NCBI GenBank assembly: GCA_026395815.1
Contig: JAPLXZ010000016.1
Location: 51,698 to 115,697 of the forward strand
DNA length: 64,000 bases
Reading direction: 5' to 3'
DNA from: Candidatus Pacearchaeota archaeon
Lineage (GTDB): Archaea > Nanobdellota > Nanobdellia > Pacearchaeales > GW2011-AR1
The notes under the pieces are model-generated. The model did not search any database and was not told the DNA's origin. It was given only the letters and a program-made list of their open reading frames with translations. Numbering within the stretch: position 1 is the first letter of the stretch; each line of letters starts with the position of its first letter. Positions 41,202 to 50,222 of the stretch are shown in pieces. The position numbers and the translations under genes are program-made.

Positions 41202-41570
41202 TTACATCACTTCTAATTCCTTTTCCCCTCTTATTAACAAAATCGAGTTTTTAGTTTCGTTTTTTATCCCTGTATCTAATGTTGCAATTATATAATCCCT
41301 ATTTTTCTCAGCTAATTTTATTATTCCATTATCCACATTCTTGTTGCATAAATCAACTCTCTTGAATTCTTGGTTTTCCAAAATAACTAACGCGAGTTTT
41401 GCTTCCTGCTTTAGATTTCCCCTTCCTTGTCTTGAAAATTTTCTTATCTCATCTATTACCTCTGAAGGAATAATGATTTTCATTCCCATTAAAGGAATCT
41501 TTTCAAAAAAATCTATCTTCTTTCTTATGCACGACAGTATAAAGTTTGTATCTAAGATTGTATATTTCAT
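41202..41570 (-). CDS. PIN-domain nuclease (Fcf1/Utp24-like)
   Basis: ILDTNF, V.DEI, VD and ATLD; canonical position upstream of rpoE. Confidence 0.85.
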   Translation of the reverse strand: MKYTILDTNFILSCIRKKIDFFEKIPLMGMKIIIPSEVIDEIRKFSRQGRGNLKQEAKLALVILENQEFKRVDLCNKNVDNGIIKLAEKNRDYIIATLDTGIKNETKNSILLIRGEKELEVM

Positions 41571-41654
41571 AGTAAATACAAGAAATTATGATATAAAAAC
41601 TCTTTGAAAATTTTGGAAAACAACATTTATTAACTATATTTTCTTTTTTCAATT

Positions 41655-42218
41655 ATGCAGGAAAAAGAGAATGTTTTAAGAATCCTTCAGGAAACAAAAA
41701 ATGCCATTAAGCAAAATGACGCTATCAAACTAAAGGTCTTGAGCAACCAGACAATTCATACTGCATCAATAACGCAGGACTCAGACAATGTTTTGGTTGC
41801 AGTTATTGTCTATTCTCTAAGCAAGATGATTGAAAGGCAGGAATATCAAAAATTTTCTGGTTGGGAGGATTTTTACAAAAAGATTATGTCTGCAATCGAA
41901 AACACAATTATTGCTATTAAAAAAAACGATGATGCAAAAATTCATGAAAACATGAGTTTGATAAGAGATGTTATAAATAAGGTCTCTGGAAAACTTAAAA
42001 GTTATATTCAGGATGTTTTTAGGAAGGCAGAGATAAACAAAGCATCAAAGATATACGAGCATGGTATTTCTATGGAGAAAACTGCAAATTTATTAGGGAT
42101 AAGTATATTTGAATTGGCGATTTATGCAGGACAAAAACAAGACATTTCTAATGCTCCATTGGGTTACACTATTGAAGTTAAAAAAAGAATTAAAACAATG
42201 GAAGATATGTTCAAATGA
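41655..42218 (+). CDS. Hypothetical protein with C-terminal UPF0175-like HTH
   Basis: IYEHGISMEKTANLLGISIFEL. Confidence 0.6.
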   Translation: MQEKENVLRILQETKNAIKQNDAIKLKVLSNQTIHTASITQDSDNVLVAVIVYSLSKMIERQEYQKFSGWEDFYKKIMSAIENTIIAIKKNDDAKIHENMSLIRDVINKVSGKLKSYIQDVFRKAEINKASKIYEHGISMEKTANLLGISIFELAIYAGQKQDISNAPLGYTIEVKKRIKTMEDMFK

Positions 42219-42898
42219 ATCAGCAAAAGGCAATAATCTTTGATTCAAGCACACTGATAAATTTTGCAATGAATGGGCTACTTGAAGAATTTCGTGATTT
42301 AAAAAGAATGTTTGGAGGAAAGTTCCTTATAACAAAAGAAGTAAAATGGGAAATCATAGATAACCCCATGGAAATAAAAAGATTTGAACTTGAAGCATTA
42401 AAATTAAATGAATTGTTCTTGGAAAAAGTTCTTGAAATGCCGTCTTCTATCGGAATAGATGAAAAAACAGTTTCAAAAATGACACAGGAAATCAAAAATA
42501 TTGCAAATAATACATTTTTTGGTTATGGAAAAGGAATGGAAATCATTGCTCCTGGAGAATCTTCATGCTTAGCATTGAGCAAATTGCTCGACGAAAAAGG
42601 AATAAAACATGTAATAGCAGTAGACGAAAGAACAACGAGAATACTTGGAGAAAGGCCAGAAAATTTAGAAAAATTATTTCTAAAAAAAATGCATACAAAA
42701 ATAACAGCTAAGAAAGAAAATTTTAAATTTTTTAAGGAATTTAGATTCGTGCGTTCTGCTGAATTGATTTACATTGCTTATAAAAAAGGGATTATTAAAT
42801 TGAGAAATCATGATGTCTTGGATGCTCTGCTTTATGCTATGAAGTTTAACGGCTGTTCTATTTCTGATGAAGAAATAAGCGACATGAAAAAACTTTAA
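42215..42898 (+). CDS. PIN-domain protein (DUF3368-like)
   Basis: IFDSSTLI, EV..E, GESSCLAL and VDER. Confidence 0.7.
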   Translation: MNQQKAIIFDSSTLINFAMNGLLEEFRDLKRMFGGKFLITKEVKWEIIDNPMEIKRFELEALKLNELFLEKVLEMPSSIGIDEKTVSKMTQEIKNIANNTFFGYGKGMEIIAPGESSCLALSKLLDEKGIKHVIAVDERTTRILGERPENLEKLFLKKMHTKITAKKENFKFFKEFRFVRSAELIYIAYKKGIIKLRNHDVLDALLYAMKFNGCSISDEEISDMKKL

Positions 42899-43293
42899 TG
42901 ATTTCTGATTATAACAGTCTTTTTAAGGTTAATTCTTTTATTATAAGAATGTATAAGGCTAAATATAAGAAACGAGTTAAGACAGATTCAAATTCTAAAA
43001 GGACAGTTTCTTCTTTATATGCAAAATTTAGTTTTTGGAATGAAACTGCTCCTAAAGAAAGAAGAGTGATTAGAGAAAGAATAAGTGATATTTCAAACGA
43101 GTTTGGTAGAGTTTGTGAGGAATATTGCCCACATTATAATCTAAGAATGGATACGATGTATGCAGGATTGCTTAGAAAAATATTCTTAAGCTTTGGTATT
43201 AATTTAAGTGTCAAAGAGGATGTTTCTCTTGAAGAGATGGTTTATTTAGATAAGATAAATCATTATATACTAACTGGAAAAAAGGAAAAATAG
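42898..43293 (+). CDS. Hypothetical protein
   Basis: 131-aa ORF; start may be further downstream. Confidence 0.5.
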   Translation: MISDYNSLFKVNSFIIRMYKAKYKKRVKTDSNSKRTVSSLYAKFSFWNETAPKERRVIRERISDISNEFGRVCEEYCPHYNLRMDTMYAGLLRKIFLSFGINLSVKEDVSLEEMVYLDKINHYILTGKKEK

Positions 43294-43385
43294 CAAGATT
43301 AAAAAATCAACTACTTCTTGTAATTTTATATGCTCACGAGCTCACTCGCTTCAGGGGCGATTTAGAAAACTCGTGAACATCGTTC

Positions 43386-43456
43386 GGGTGCGTAGTTCAA
43401 CGTTAGAATATCTGGCTCCAGCCCAGAAGAAGGGGGTTAAATTCCCTCCGTGCCCA
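43386..43456 (+). tRNA. tRNA-Trp(CCA), intronless
   Basis: Acceptor GGGTGCG/CGTGCCC, anticodon arm TCTGG-CTCCAGC-CCAGA, T arm GGGGG-TTAAATT-CCCTC, A73. Confidence 0.88.
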
Positions 43457-43499
43457 TTCAGATATTAAAGCGCGGTTAGCAAAATTCGTAGAATTTTAG

Positions 43500-43512
43500 C
43501 CTCCGTGCCCAT
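43500..43512 (+). repeat. 13-bp duplication of the tRNA-Trp 3' end (att-like)
   Basis: CCTCCGTGCCCAT at 43445-43457 and 43500-43512. Confidence 0.8.
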
Positions 43513-43544
43513 GTATAAAATAGTCAAATAAAACTTAGATAATT

Positions 43545-43751
43545 ATGAAAAAATTACCATTAATCTTTGGAGTTTTAATGATTGTAGCAGGATATTTTTG
43601 GTACAAACAAACAGCTGGAAATGAAAAATTATTTAATATCATCAATCTTGATATTTTTTCAAAGCCGCAGTTTGCGCCATTAGTTGTGATTCTTCTTGGA
43701 ATTACAGCTATTCTGTATGGCATATCATCTTACGAGAGATATAATCGTTAG
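43545..43751 (+). CDS. Small membrane protein
   Basis: Two hydrophobic helices. Confidence 0.55.
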   Translation: MKKLPLIFGVLMIVAGYFWYKQTAGNEKLFNIINLDIFSKPQFAPLVVILLGITAILYGISSYERYNR

Positions 43752-43829
43752 CGTATTATTAATCTGACACAATGGGAATATATAATCTATTACACAAAAG
43801 CTTAAAGACTTTAACTCTTTAGGTAAAAA

Positions 43830-44015
43830 ATGGTAAATTTTATTGTAAGTTTAATCACAAGGCATCCTTTAAGGGTGTTAGGAGCATTGATTCTCGGAAT
43901 AACCATCTTGATATTGGTGCTAACTGCCGTTATTCTAAACAGAACTGGAAAATCCGAAAGAACTGAAAATAGAACTCCAAAATATCCGAGTATATTAAAG
44001 AAAACTTTAGCTTAA
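43830..44015 (+). CDS. Small single-TM protein
   Basis: One hydrophobic helix. Confidence 0.45.
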   Translation: MVNFIVSLITRHPLRVLGALILGITILILVLTAVILNRTGKSERTENRTPKYPSILKKTLA

Positions 44016-45610
44016 GGAGCAAATATATTTGTTTCTTCTCCTCCACCTTGATTGATTGTCGCATCATCGTAAGTTTCATCTACTGTATCTCCTGGAGCCC
44101 TTGCATCAGGATCGTATAAGTCCGGATTAATTTGATTTAAATCTGGTTCAGGAAGAGGCTCCTCTGTATCAGTTCCACCCCCTGTTTTAACCCCCTGCTC
44201 ATCTCCTTCTACAACAACTCCTGCTTCTCCTCCTTCACCGTTAACTACTTTATCTCCTTTTATAACCACTCCTGCTTCTCCTCCACTAGGACCAGTTCCT
44301 TCAGCATATGTTCTTTCAACTATCTGATTTTCAATAACATTCATTTCTTCTTTCATTTCATTTACCACAGTTCGACCCTCTGTTCCATTAATATCAATAG
44401 TATGTTGTTCAGAAGCATTTTCAAAGTTTTCTATAATATTATCAATTTCATTTCCAATAAGATAATTTACTAAACCTTCTTCATTTCTAACAACAGTAAT
44501 TTTCCCACATTTTTCTTCTAAAAAATTATTATTTTCATCAAAACATTGGGGAATTGATTCTTGCATTGTTGGTTCTTTGTTTTCAGATCTTTTCCCTATA
44601 TAATTTCCATATTCATCCCAATCCTCATTTGTCTCTTTTAAATAATCATATTGTTCACATTCTGGTTTATTATTCTCATCCCAACACTCTTCAGGAACTC
44701 CATCTGAAGGTTGTATATCATAATCTATCATATCGGATTTGTTTATGAATAGATTCCTTAAGAAATCCGGAACAAAACTTTCTGCAAAACTATCTCCTTC
44801 TTTAGGCTCCATAGCTTTTAATTCACTGCAAGATGTTTCATCTTTATTATACTCACATTTAAGAGCTAAAGCAACCATCTTTTCACATTTTGCTTTTTGA
44901 GTAATATCAATATTCTCTTCACAATTGCATGTTCCTGGATCATTTATACAACTTCGAATATCCAACATTAATTTAACAAATGATTTTATTTGAATATCTT
45001 TTAATTCTTTTAATTCTTTTTCAAGCCCAGGAGAAGCAGTATCAGGATTACATACTTCTTCTTTTAACATTGTGTTATAGTCTTCTTGAGCTAATGCCTT
45101 GCAATATTCATACGTCTTTAATGTCAGCTCTGCAGCTAATTGCGTTTTTTCTTCCTGAAGTACATAACCATTAAATTGTGCTGAAAGACCATCTTTTTTA
45201 ATCTTATCTTTTATTTCTTCAACACTTGTTTTAACTTCCTCAGAAGTTTCTAAAGATACTTTTTCTTGAACAATTTCAAGTTTATCTTTAGCTTTCTCAA
45301 GATTTTTAATTGTGCTTTCAGTATCCTTCTTTTTTGCATTTTCTAAAGCAGAATTTACTTCTTTTTCTCTTATCTCTAAAGCTAATCTAACTTTGTTATC
45401 TCCCCTAGAAAGAAATAATTTAATATTATCAGTAAGTCTATTAAATCCTGAGTAATTATTCTTTCCAGAAAAAAATAATTTAAGATTATTAGTGAATCTA
45501 TTAAATCCTGAGTAAGTTTGAGCTGATACAAAAGGTATAGAAACAAATAATAAGATTATTACAATTAAAAGAGCAAATGATACTAGCCTCTTTTCCATAG
45601 AAAAATACAA
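44012..45610 (-). CDS. Secreted Cys-rich acidic protein with internal repeats
   Basis: Signal peptide, 20-aa tandem duplication, many Cys, acidic Gly-rich tail. Confidence 0.75.
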   Translation of the reverse strand: MYFSMEKRLVSFALLIVIILLFVSIPFVSAQTYSGFNRFTNNLKLFFSGKNNYSGFNRLTDNIKLFLSRGDNKVRLALEIREKEVNSALENAKKKDTESTIKNLEKAKDKLEIVQEKVSLETSEEVKTSVEEIKDKIKKDGLSAQFNGYVLQEEKTQLAAELTLKTYEYCKALAQEDYNTMLKEEVCNPDTASPGLEKELKELKDIQIKSFVKLMLDIRSCINDPGTCNCEENIDITQKAKCEKMVALALKCEYNKDETSCSELKAMEPKEGDSFAESFVPDFLRNLFINKSDMIDYDIQPSDGVPEECWDENNKPECEQYDYLKETNEDWDEYGNYIGKRSENKEPTMQESIPQCFDENNNFLEEKCGKITVVRNEEGLVNYLIGNEIDNIIENFENASEQHTIDINGTEGRTVVNEMKEEMNVIENQIVERTYAEGTGPSGGEAGVVIKGDKVVNGEGGEAGVVVEGDEQGVKTGGGTDTEEPLPEPDLNQINPDLYDPDARAPGDTVDETYDDATINQGGGEETNIFAP

Positions 45611-45661
45611 GGAAATATACTATAAAAAACTATCTTGATTAATCAATTCCCTTGCTTTTTT

Positions 45662-45766
45662 GGTTCAACGCCCCACGATTACTTAATTCTAAGGATTAAC
45701 TCCCTGACGGTTTCCTCGTGATATTAAAAAATTCTAGGGATTAACTCTTTCCAATGGGCGTTTAAT
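45662..45766. repeat. Diverged member of the intergenic inverted-repeat family
   Basis: GGTTCAACGCCCCACGA...GGGCGTTTAA ends; two internal AATTCTA[A/G]GGATTAACTC copies (45685, 45730). Confidence 0.55.
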
Positions 45767-45804
45767 AGAGAAATGTTTAAATCTCCCCCTTACTTTTAGT
45801 TAAG

Positions 45805-46149
45805 ATGAAACTACTAACAAGAAAAAATGGAATTGGGGTATGTGTTATAGGGATTGCAATATTTTTACTTAATTTCTTAACATTAACCTTGTGGGATATT
45901 GACATTGATATTTTTGGTGCAGTGATTTTTGTTCTTGGTTTAGTTATTGTAATAGCCTGTGGAAATACTATGAAACATTCGTCAGAATGGTTAACAAGAA
46001 AAAATGGGGTATGGTTGTGTATAATTGCAGTAATGATAATACTCATAACAGGATATATCCCTTTTATAAATGGTGATGTTGGCGGTGGAATTGGTGCAAT
46101 TGTTTTTCTTTTAGGTATAATCCTTATCTTAGTAAGGTGGAATCACTAA
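45805..46149 (+). CDS. 4-TM membrane protein with internal duplication
   Basis: LLTRKNGIGVC / WLTRKNGVWLC. Confidence 0.7.
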   Translation: MKLLTRKNGIGVCVIGIAIFLLNFLTLTLWDIDIDIFGAVIFVLGLVIVIACGNTMKHSSEWLTRKNGVWLCIIAVMIILITGYIPFINGDVGGGIGAIVFLLGIILILVRWNH

Positions 46150-46209
46150 TGGCAAGGAATAAAGTATCTTTTTGGTAATTAAACTTTTACACACCACGAG
46201 GACAGGAAC

Positions 46210-47271
46210 TTAACCTCTCTTAATATGGTTTATTTTTTCTAGAATTTCCTTTGCCTTTTCTTCTCCAAGGACTTTAGCAATGTCTTCTTTTTGCGCCTCT
46301 AAAATTGATTTTAATGTTTTGAAATTTTTAATTAGAATTCCAACATCTCTTTCAGAAATTCCTATCTTTTCGAGGCTCCTATGTCCCTTTGCATGAATAA
46401 TATCAGAATCTTCTGACAAACCAAGACATTGTTTTATATTTTCCAGTTCTACAAGGTCATCATAGCTTAATGTAGGCAATATTCTTTTTGATTTTGTTAA
46501 TCCAATTTTTGAGTAATCTTTGATAACTTCATCAACTTCTTTTTCAACTTTGTGAAGCAATTCTTTTACTCGAGATTTTAATATTGCTCCTTCTACTCCA
46601 AGTTCTATTATGTATCTCTTAAGAGTTTCTGAAATCTTTAGAATCATTACTCCTCTTTGAATTAATAAAAGAGCTTTATTTAATGCTGGTTTTTTGTTTA
46701 ATTCTTCATCGTCAAGTTCTCTTTTATTTCTTTCAAAAACTTCTCTATGTTTTTCCAAAATTTGTAGTATCTCTGTTGCCCTTCTTATTATCTCATTGCT
46801 GTCTCTTACGACATATTTAAAATTTTTATAGAAAAGGGTTATCTCATCTCGTCTTTGAGATATAGCAATTACTATAGTATTCGCTTGTTTTGCTGTTCGC
46901 TCTGCTGCTTTGTGTCTTGTTCCTGTTTCATTAGAAGGAATTGAATTATTTGGAGTAAGAAGAACATTGGCGTATAAGATTTTTTTCAAATCTTTTGATA
47001 GAATTATTGCGCCGTCCATTTTGCTTAACTCAATTATTCTCTGGGGAGTGAATCTTGCATTAATTTTAAACCCTCCTTCAAATAAATTCTGAGTAAAATC
47101 ATTGTAAGCAACAATTAATCCCCCTGTCTTTGCTTTCTGTATACCTACAATTGCAGTTCTTAATAATGTTCCAGGAGAAATGCTTTTTAGAACATCTGTA
47201 ATTTCGTCTTTCTTAATCTCTGTTTTTCCTTCAACTAGTCTTATTTGAATCTCTTTTTTTTCCTCAGCCAT
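46210..47271 (-). CDS. disA: DNA integrity scanning diadenylate cyclase
   Basis: DAC motifs ELSKMDGA and ETGTRHKAAER, helical linker and C-terminal HhH-like region. Confidence 0.92.
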   Translation of the reverse strand: MAEEKKEIQIRLVEGKTEIKKDEITDVLKSISPGTLLRTAIVGIQKAKTGGLIVAYNDFTQNLFEGGFKINARFTPQRIIELSKMDGAIILSKDLKKILYANVLLTPNNSIPSNETGTRHKAAERTAKQANTIVIAISQRRDEITLFYKNFKYVVRDSNEIIRRATEILQILEKHREVFERNKRELDDEELNKKPALNKALLLIQRGVMILKISETLKRYIIELGVEGAILKSRVKELLHKVEKEVDEVIKDYSKIGLTKSKRILPTLSYDDLVELENIKQCLGLSEDSDIIHAKGHRSLEKIGISERDVGILIKNFKTLKSILEAQKEDIAKVLGEEKAKEILEKINHIKRG

Positions 47272-47381
47272 CTCAAATCCAAAAAAATCACATCAGCATA
47301 ATTTAAATATCTTTATGTCTTGTTTTTTTTTTGAAAAAGATTTAAAAACTTAGGCTATTTCTCAAATTTTATAGAGGAAAA

Positions 47382-48782
47382 ATGAAAAAACAGGTGACAT
47401 TGAAAATCAAAAACAAAGAAGAGCATTTTAAGGAACAAACAAAAAAGATTAGTATAACAGAGGGTGCTGTAGCAAACGTGATGGACGGTGCTGGCTCCAG
47501 ATACATAACCCCATACGCTCTTGCTATTGGAGCCAATAATACCCAAATTGGTCTTCTGACTTCAATTCCCTCATTATTAGGAAACCTTTCCCAACTTTTT
47601 AGTTCAAGAGCAATTGAAAAATATTCAAGAAAAAAAATAGTAGTAATCAGTATTTTTTTGCAAGCGTTAATGTGGCTTCCAATGATTGCTGTTGGCTTTT
47701 TCTTTTTCAACAAAGGACTTAATCATGGCCTTAGCGCAAGTTTAATGATTATTTTCTATACTCTCTTCATTATCTTTGGAGCATTTCTTTCTCCTGCATG
47801 GAATTCTTTGATGAAAGACGTTGTTTCTAAAGAGACAGGGAAATATTTTGGAAAGAAAAATAAGATTGGCGGAGCAATATCTTTAGGAGTAATGTTATTA
47901 TGCGGTTTTATATTGAATTATTTCCAGGGAATAAATAATTTGTTCATCGGTTTTCTTATATTATTTGGAATTGCATTTATATCCAGATTAGTATCAGGCT
48001 ATCTTGCAACAAAATATTACGAACCAAAATTAAAATTTGGGAAAGATTATTATTTCACTTTTTGGCAATTTTTGAAAAAAATCCCAGAAAGCAATTTTGG
48101 AAAATTTACAGTATTTATTTCTCTTATAAACCTTGGAACAGCAATTGCTTCTCCTTTCTTTGCTGTTTACATGCTGAAAGACCTTAGTTTCACTTATACA
48201 ATTTGGACTATAATTGTAATTTCAAGTTCTTTAGGTTCATTATTTTCCATGCCTTTATGGGGAAAAATTGCAGATAAATATGGAAATCTGAAGGTTTTGC
48301 GTTTAACAGGTGTTTTTATCCCGCTTGTTCCTATTATGTGGCTCTTAACTCCTTGGATTATAAGAATTAATCCAACTGCTGTTATTATTTATCTTTTTGC
48401 AGCAGAGTTTATTTCAGGGCTTATTTGGGCAGGATTTAATCTTTCAACTGTTAATTTCATATACGATGCAGTTACAAGACAAAGAGTTGCTTTATGCGTT
48501 GCTTATTTCAATATTCTGAATGGCATTGGTGTTTTTATAGGAGCAACTCTTGGAGGATTTTTAGCTTCAATGAATATCAATATTTTTGGAATGAATTCAT
48601 TATTATTCATTTTCTTATTAAGTGGTATTTCAAGATTTATGGTTTATATTGTAATGATACCAAAGATAAAAGAAGTAAGAGAAGTAGAAAAATATGAGAA
48701 GGGTGGATTTCAAAAAGAATTTCAGAATAGTATATTCGGATTATCTAACAAAATAACAAGACCAAGGCCAGGCCCGCCCTAA
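47382..48782 (+). CDS. MFS transporter
   Basis: About 12 TM segments; WGKIADKYG motif A. Confidence 0.9.
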   Translation: MKKQVTLKIKNKEEHFKEQTKKISITEGAVANVMDGAGSRYITPYALAIGANNTQIGLLTSIPSLLGNLSQLFSSRAIEKYSRKKIVVISIFLQALMWLPMIAVGFFFFNKGLNHGLSASLMIIFYTLFIIFGAFLSPAWNSLMKDVVSKETGKYFGKKNKIGGAISLGVMLLCGFILNYFQGINNLFIGFLILFGIAFISRLVSGYLATKYYEPKLKFGKDYYFTFWQFLKKIPESNFGKFTVFISLINLGTAIASPFFAVYMLKDLSFTYTIWTIIVISSSLGSLFSMPLWGKIADKYGNLKVLRLTGVFIPLVPIMWLLTPWIIRINPTAVIIYLFAAEFISGLIWAGFNLSTVNFIYDAVTRQRVALCVAYFNILNGIGVFIGATLGGFLASMNINIFGMNSLLFIFLLSGISRFMVYIVMIPKIKEVREVEKYEKGGFQKEFQNSIFGLSNKITRPRPGPP

Positions 48783-49522
48783 GTTAGATTTTTTATCTTA
48801 CCGAAGTCATAAACTTCATTTTTCTCTATGGCAAAAACTTCAAAATTCATTAATTTTTTTCTTGGAATTATTGAAAAATAATCTTCATACCCTTCACTTA
48901 ACTCATTAATTGTAGTTCCTTCTATTGTAGCAAGAAAGCTTGGAAGGATTATTATCTTTTTTCTATTAAAAGTTCCAACTAAAAAGCATTTGTATTTCTC
49001 TCTCTTTATGTTTTGGCTGTCAGAAAGAATAATTGAAGGGTGTATATGCCCAAAAATAATAGTTTTGATTTTCTTGTCGAATATTTCAATAAAAGATTTG
49101 TGTCCATGACAGAAAGCCAAATCATCTTCAATATAATAATCCTGCAACTTATCAGAAAAAGAGTAATCAATAGTATCATGATTTCCTTTTATTAGGATTA
49201 TCTCCTTTTCTTTTACATAATCCTTCAAAAAGTTTATAACTTCCCTGAAATAATTTTTTTCTTTCCATTCATAGGAAAAAGAATGTTTTATATCTCCAAT
49301 AAAAATAATTTTTTTAAGTTTGAATTTTTTTTCTTTTATTTCATCAAAAACTATTTTTAATTCTTCAATTACTTCCTTGATTTGATATTCTGGAATTAAG
49401 ACTCCGCTCTGCTGTATCTGGTATTCATAACCAAGATGCAAATCTCCTATTGCAAGAATTCCTTTTTCAGGAAAAAACAGAGTTTTGTTGATGAATATGT
49501 AATCATTATTCTTGTTTTTCAT
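48779..49522 (-). CDS. Metallophosphoesterase (Lhr-associated type)
   Basis: DLHLG, GDIKH, GNHD, HGH and GHIHP. Confidence 0.9.
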   Translation of the reverse strand: MKNKNNDYIFINKTLFFPEKGILAIGDLHLGYEYQIQQSGVLIPEYQIKEVIEELKIVFDEIKEKKFKLKKIIFIGDIKHSFSYEWKEKNYFREVINFLKDYVKEKEIILIKGNHDTIDYSFSDKLQDYYIEDDLAFCHGHKSFIEIFDKKIKTIIFGHIHPSIILSDSQNIKREKYKCFLVGTFNRKKIIILPSFLATIEGTTINELSEGYEDYFSIIPRKKLMNFEVFAIEKNEVYDFGKIKNLT

Positions 49523-49614
49523 ATAACTAAGAATATGGAAAATTTAAAAATCTAAGCATTAAATTTAAATACTAAAAAAATCTTTTATTATCATAAAAGG
49601 AGTGTGAAAGCAAA

Positions 49615-49800
49615 ATGTTGCCACAAGAAATGCACGGCATGCATAAATTCGGAGGTGCTGGAATACTTGTCCTTGGTTTGCTTGTATTAGCAAACTCTTA
49701 TTGGGCTTTTTTGAAATGGGGAGCATTCATAGGACTTGTTTTGATTTTAGCAGGATTATGCAAAATGCTTATGCTGTGTAAACACAAAAAAAGAAGATAA
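49615..49800 (+). CDS. Small membrane protein (2 TM)
   Basis: AGGAG SD and two TM segments. Confidence 0.55.
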   Translation: MLPQEMHGMHKFGGAGILVLGLLVLANSYWAFLKWGAFIGLVLILAGLCKMLMLCKHKKRR

Positions 49801-49834
49801 ATAGAGAAGCTGAAATAAGAATAAAGCTGTTATA

Positions 49835-50179
49835 ATGAAAGGGGTAAAAAAGATGGGTATGAAATCTAAATTTAAAGGAGTTCTTAAAGACTTCAATGAA
49901 TTTTTAAGGGAATATAAGATAATTCCATTAGCAATTGCGTTCATTATCGGTATGGCGGCAGTTGCTTTGGTTCAATCAGTAGTTAACAATTTGCTTATGC
50001 CTATATTAACTCCGTTTATTCCAGGAGGAGGTTGGCAAACATCGCAATTAAAACTCGGCCCAATATACTTGGGGTGGGGAGCTTTGTTAGCAGCAATAAT
50101 CAATTTTGTAATAATAGCCTTTGTAGTTTTCTTAATTGCAAAATTTCTTTTAAAAGAAGCGAAAGTTAGCAAGAAGTAA
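49835..50179 (+). CDS. mscL: Large-conductance mechanosensitive channel
   Basis: LAIAFIIG, SVVNNLLMP and INFVIIAFVVF. Confidence 0.9.
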   Translation: MKGVKKMGMKSKFKGVLKDFNEFLREYKIIPLAIAFIIGMAAVALVQSVVNNLLMPILTPFIPGGGWQTSQLKLGPIYLGWGALLAAIINFVIIAFVVFLIAKFLLKEAKVSKK

Positions 50180-50222
50180 TCTTATATGACTTAGTAAGAT
50201 TCTTTTATTTTTACTTAGTTGG

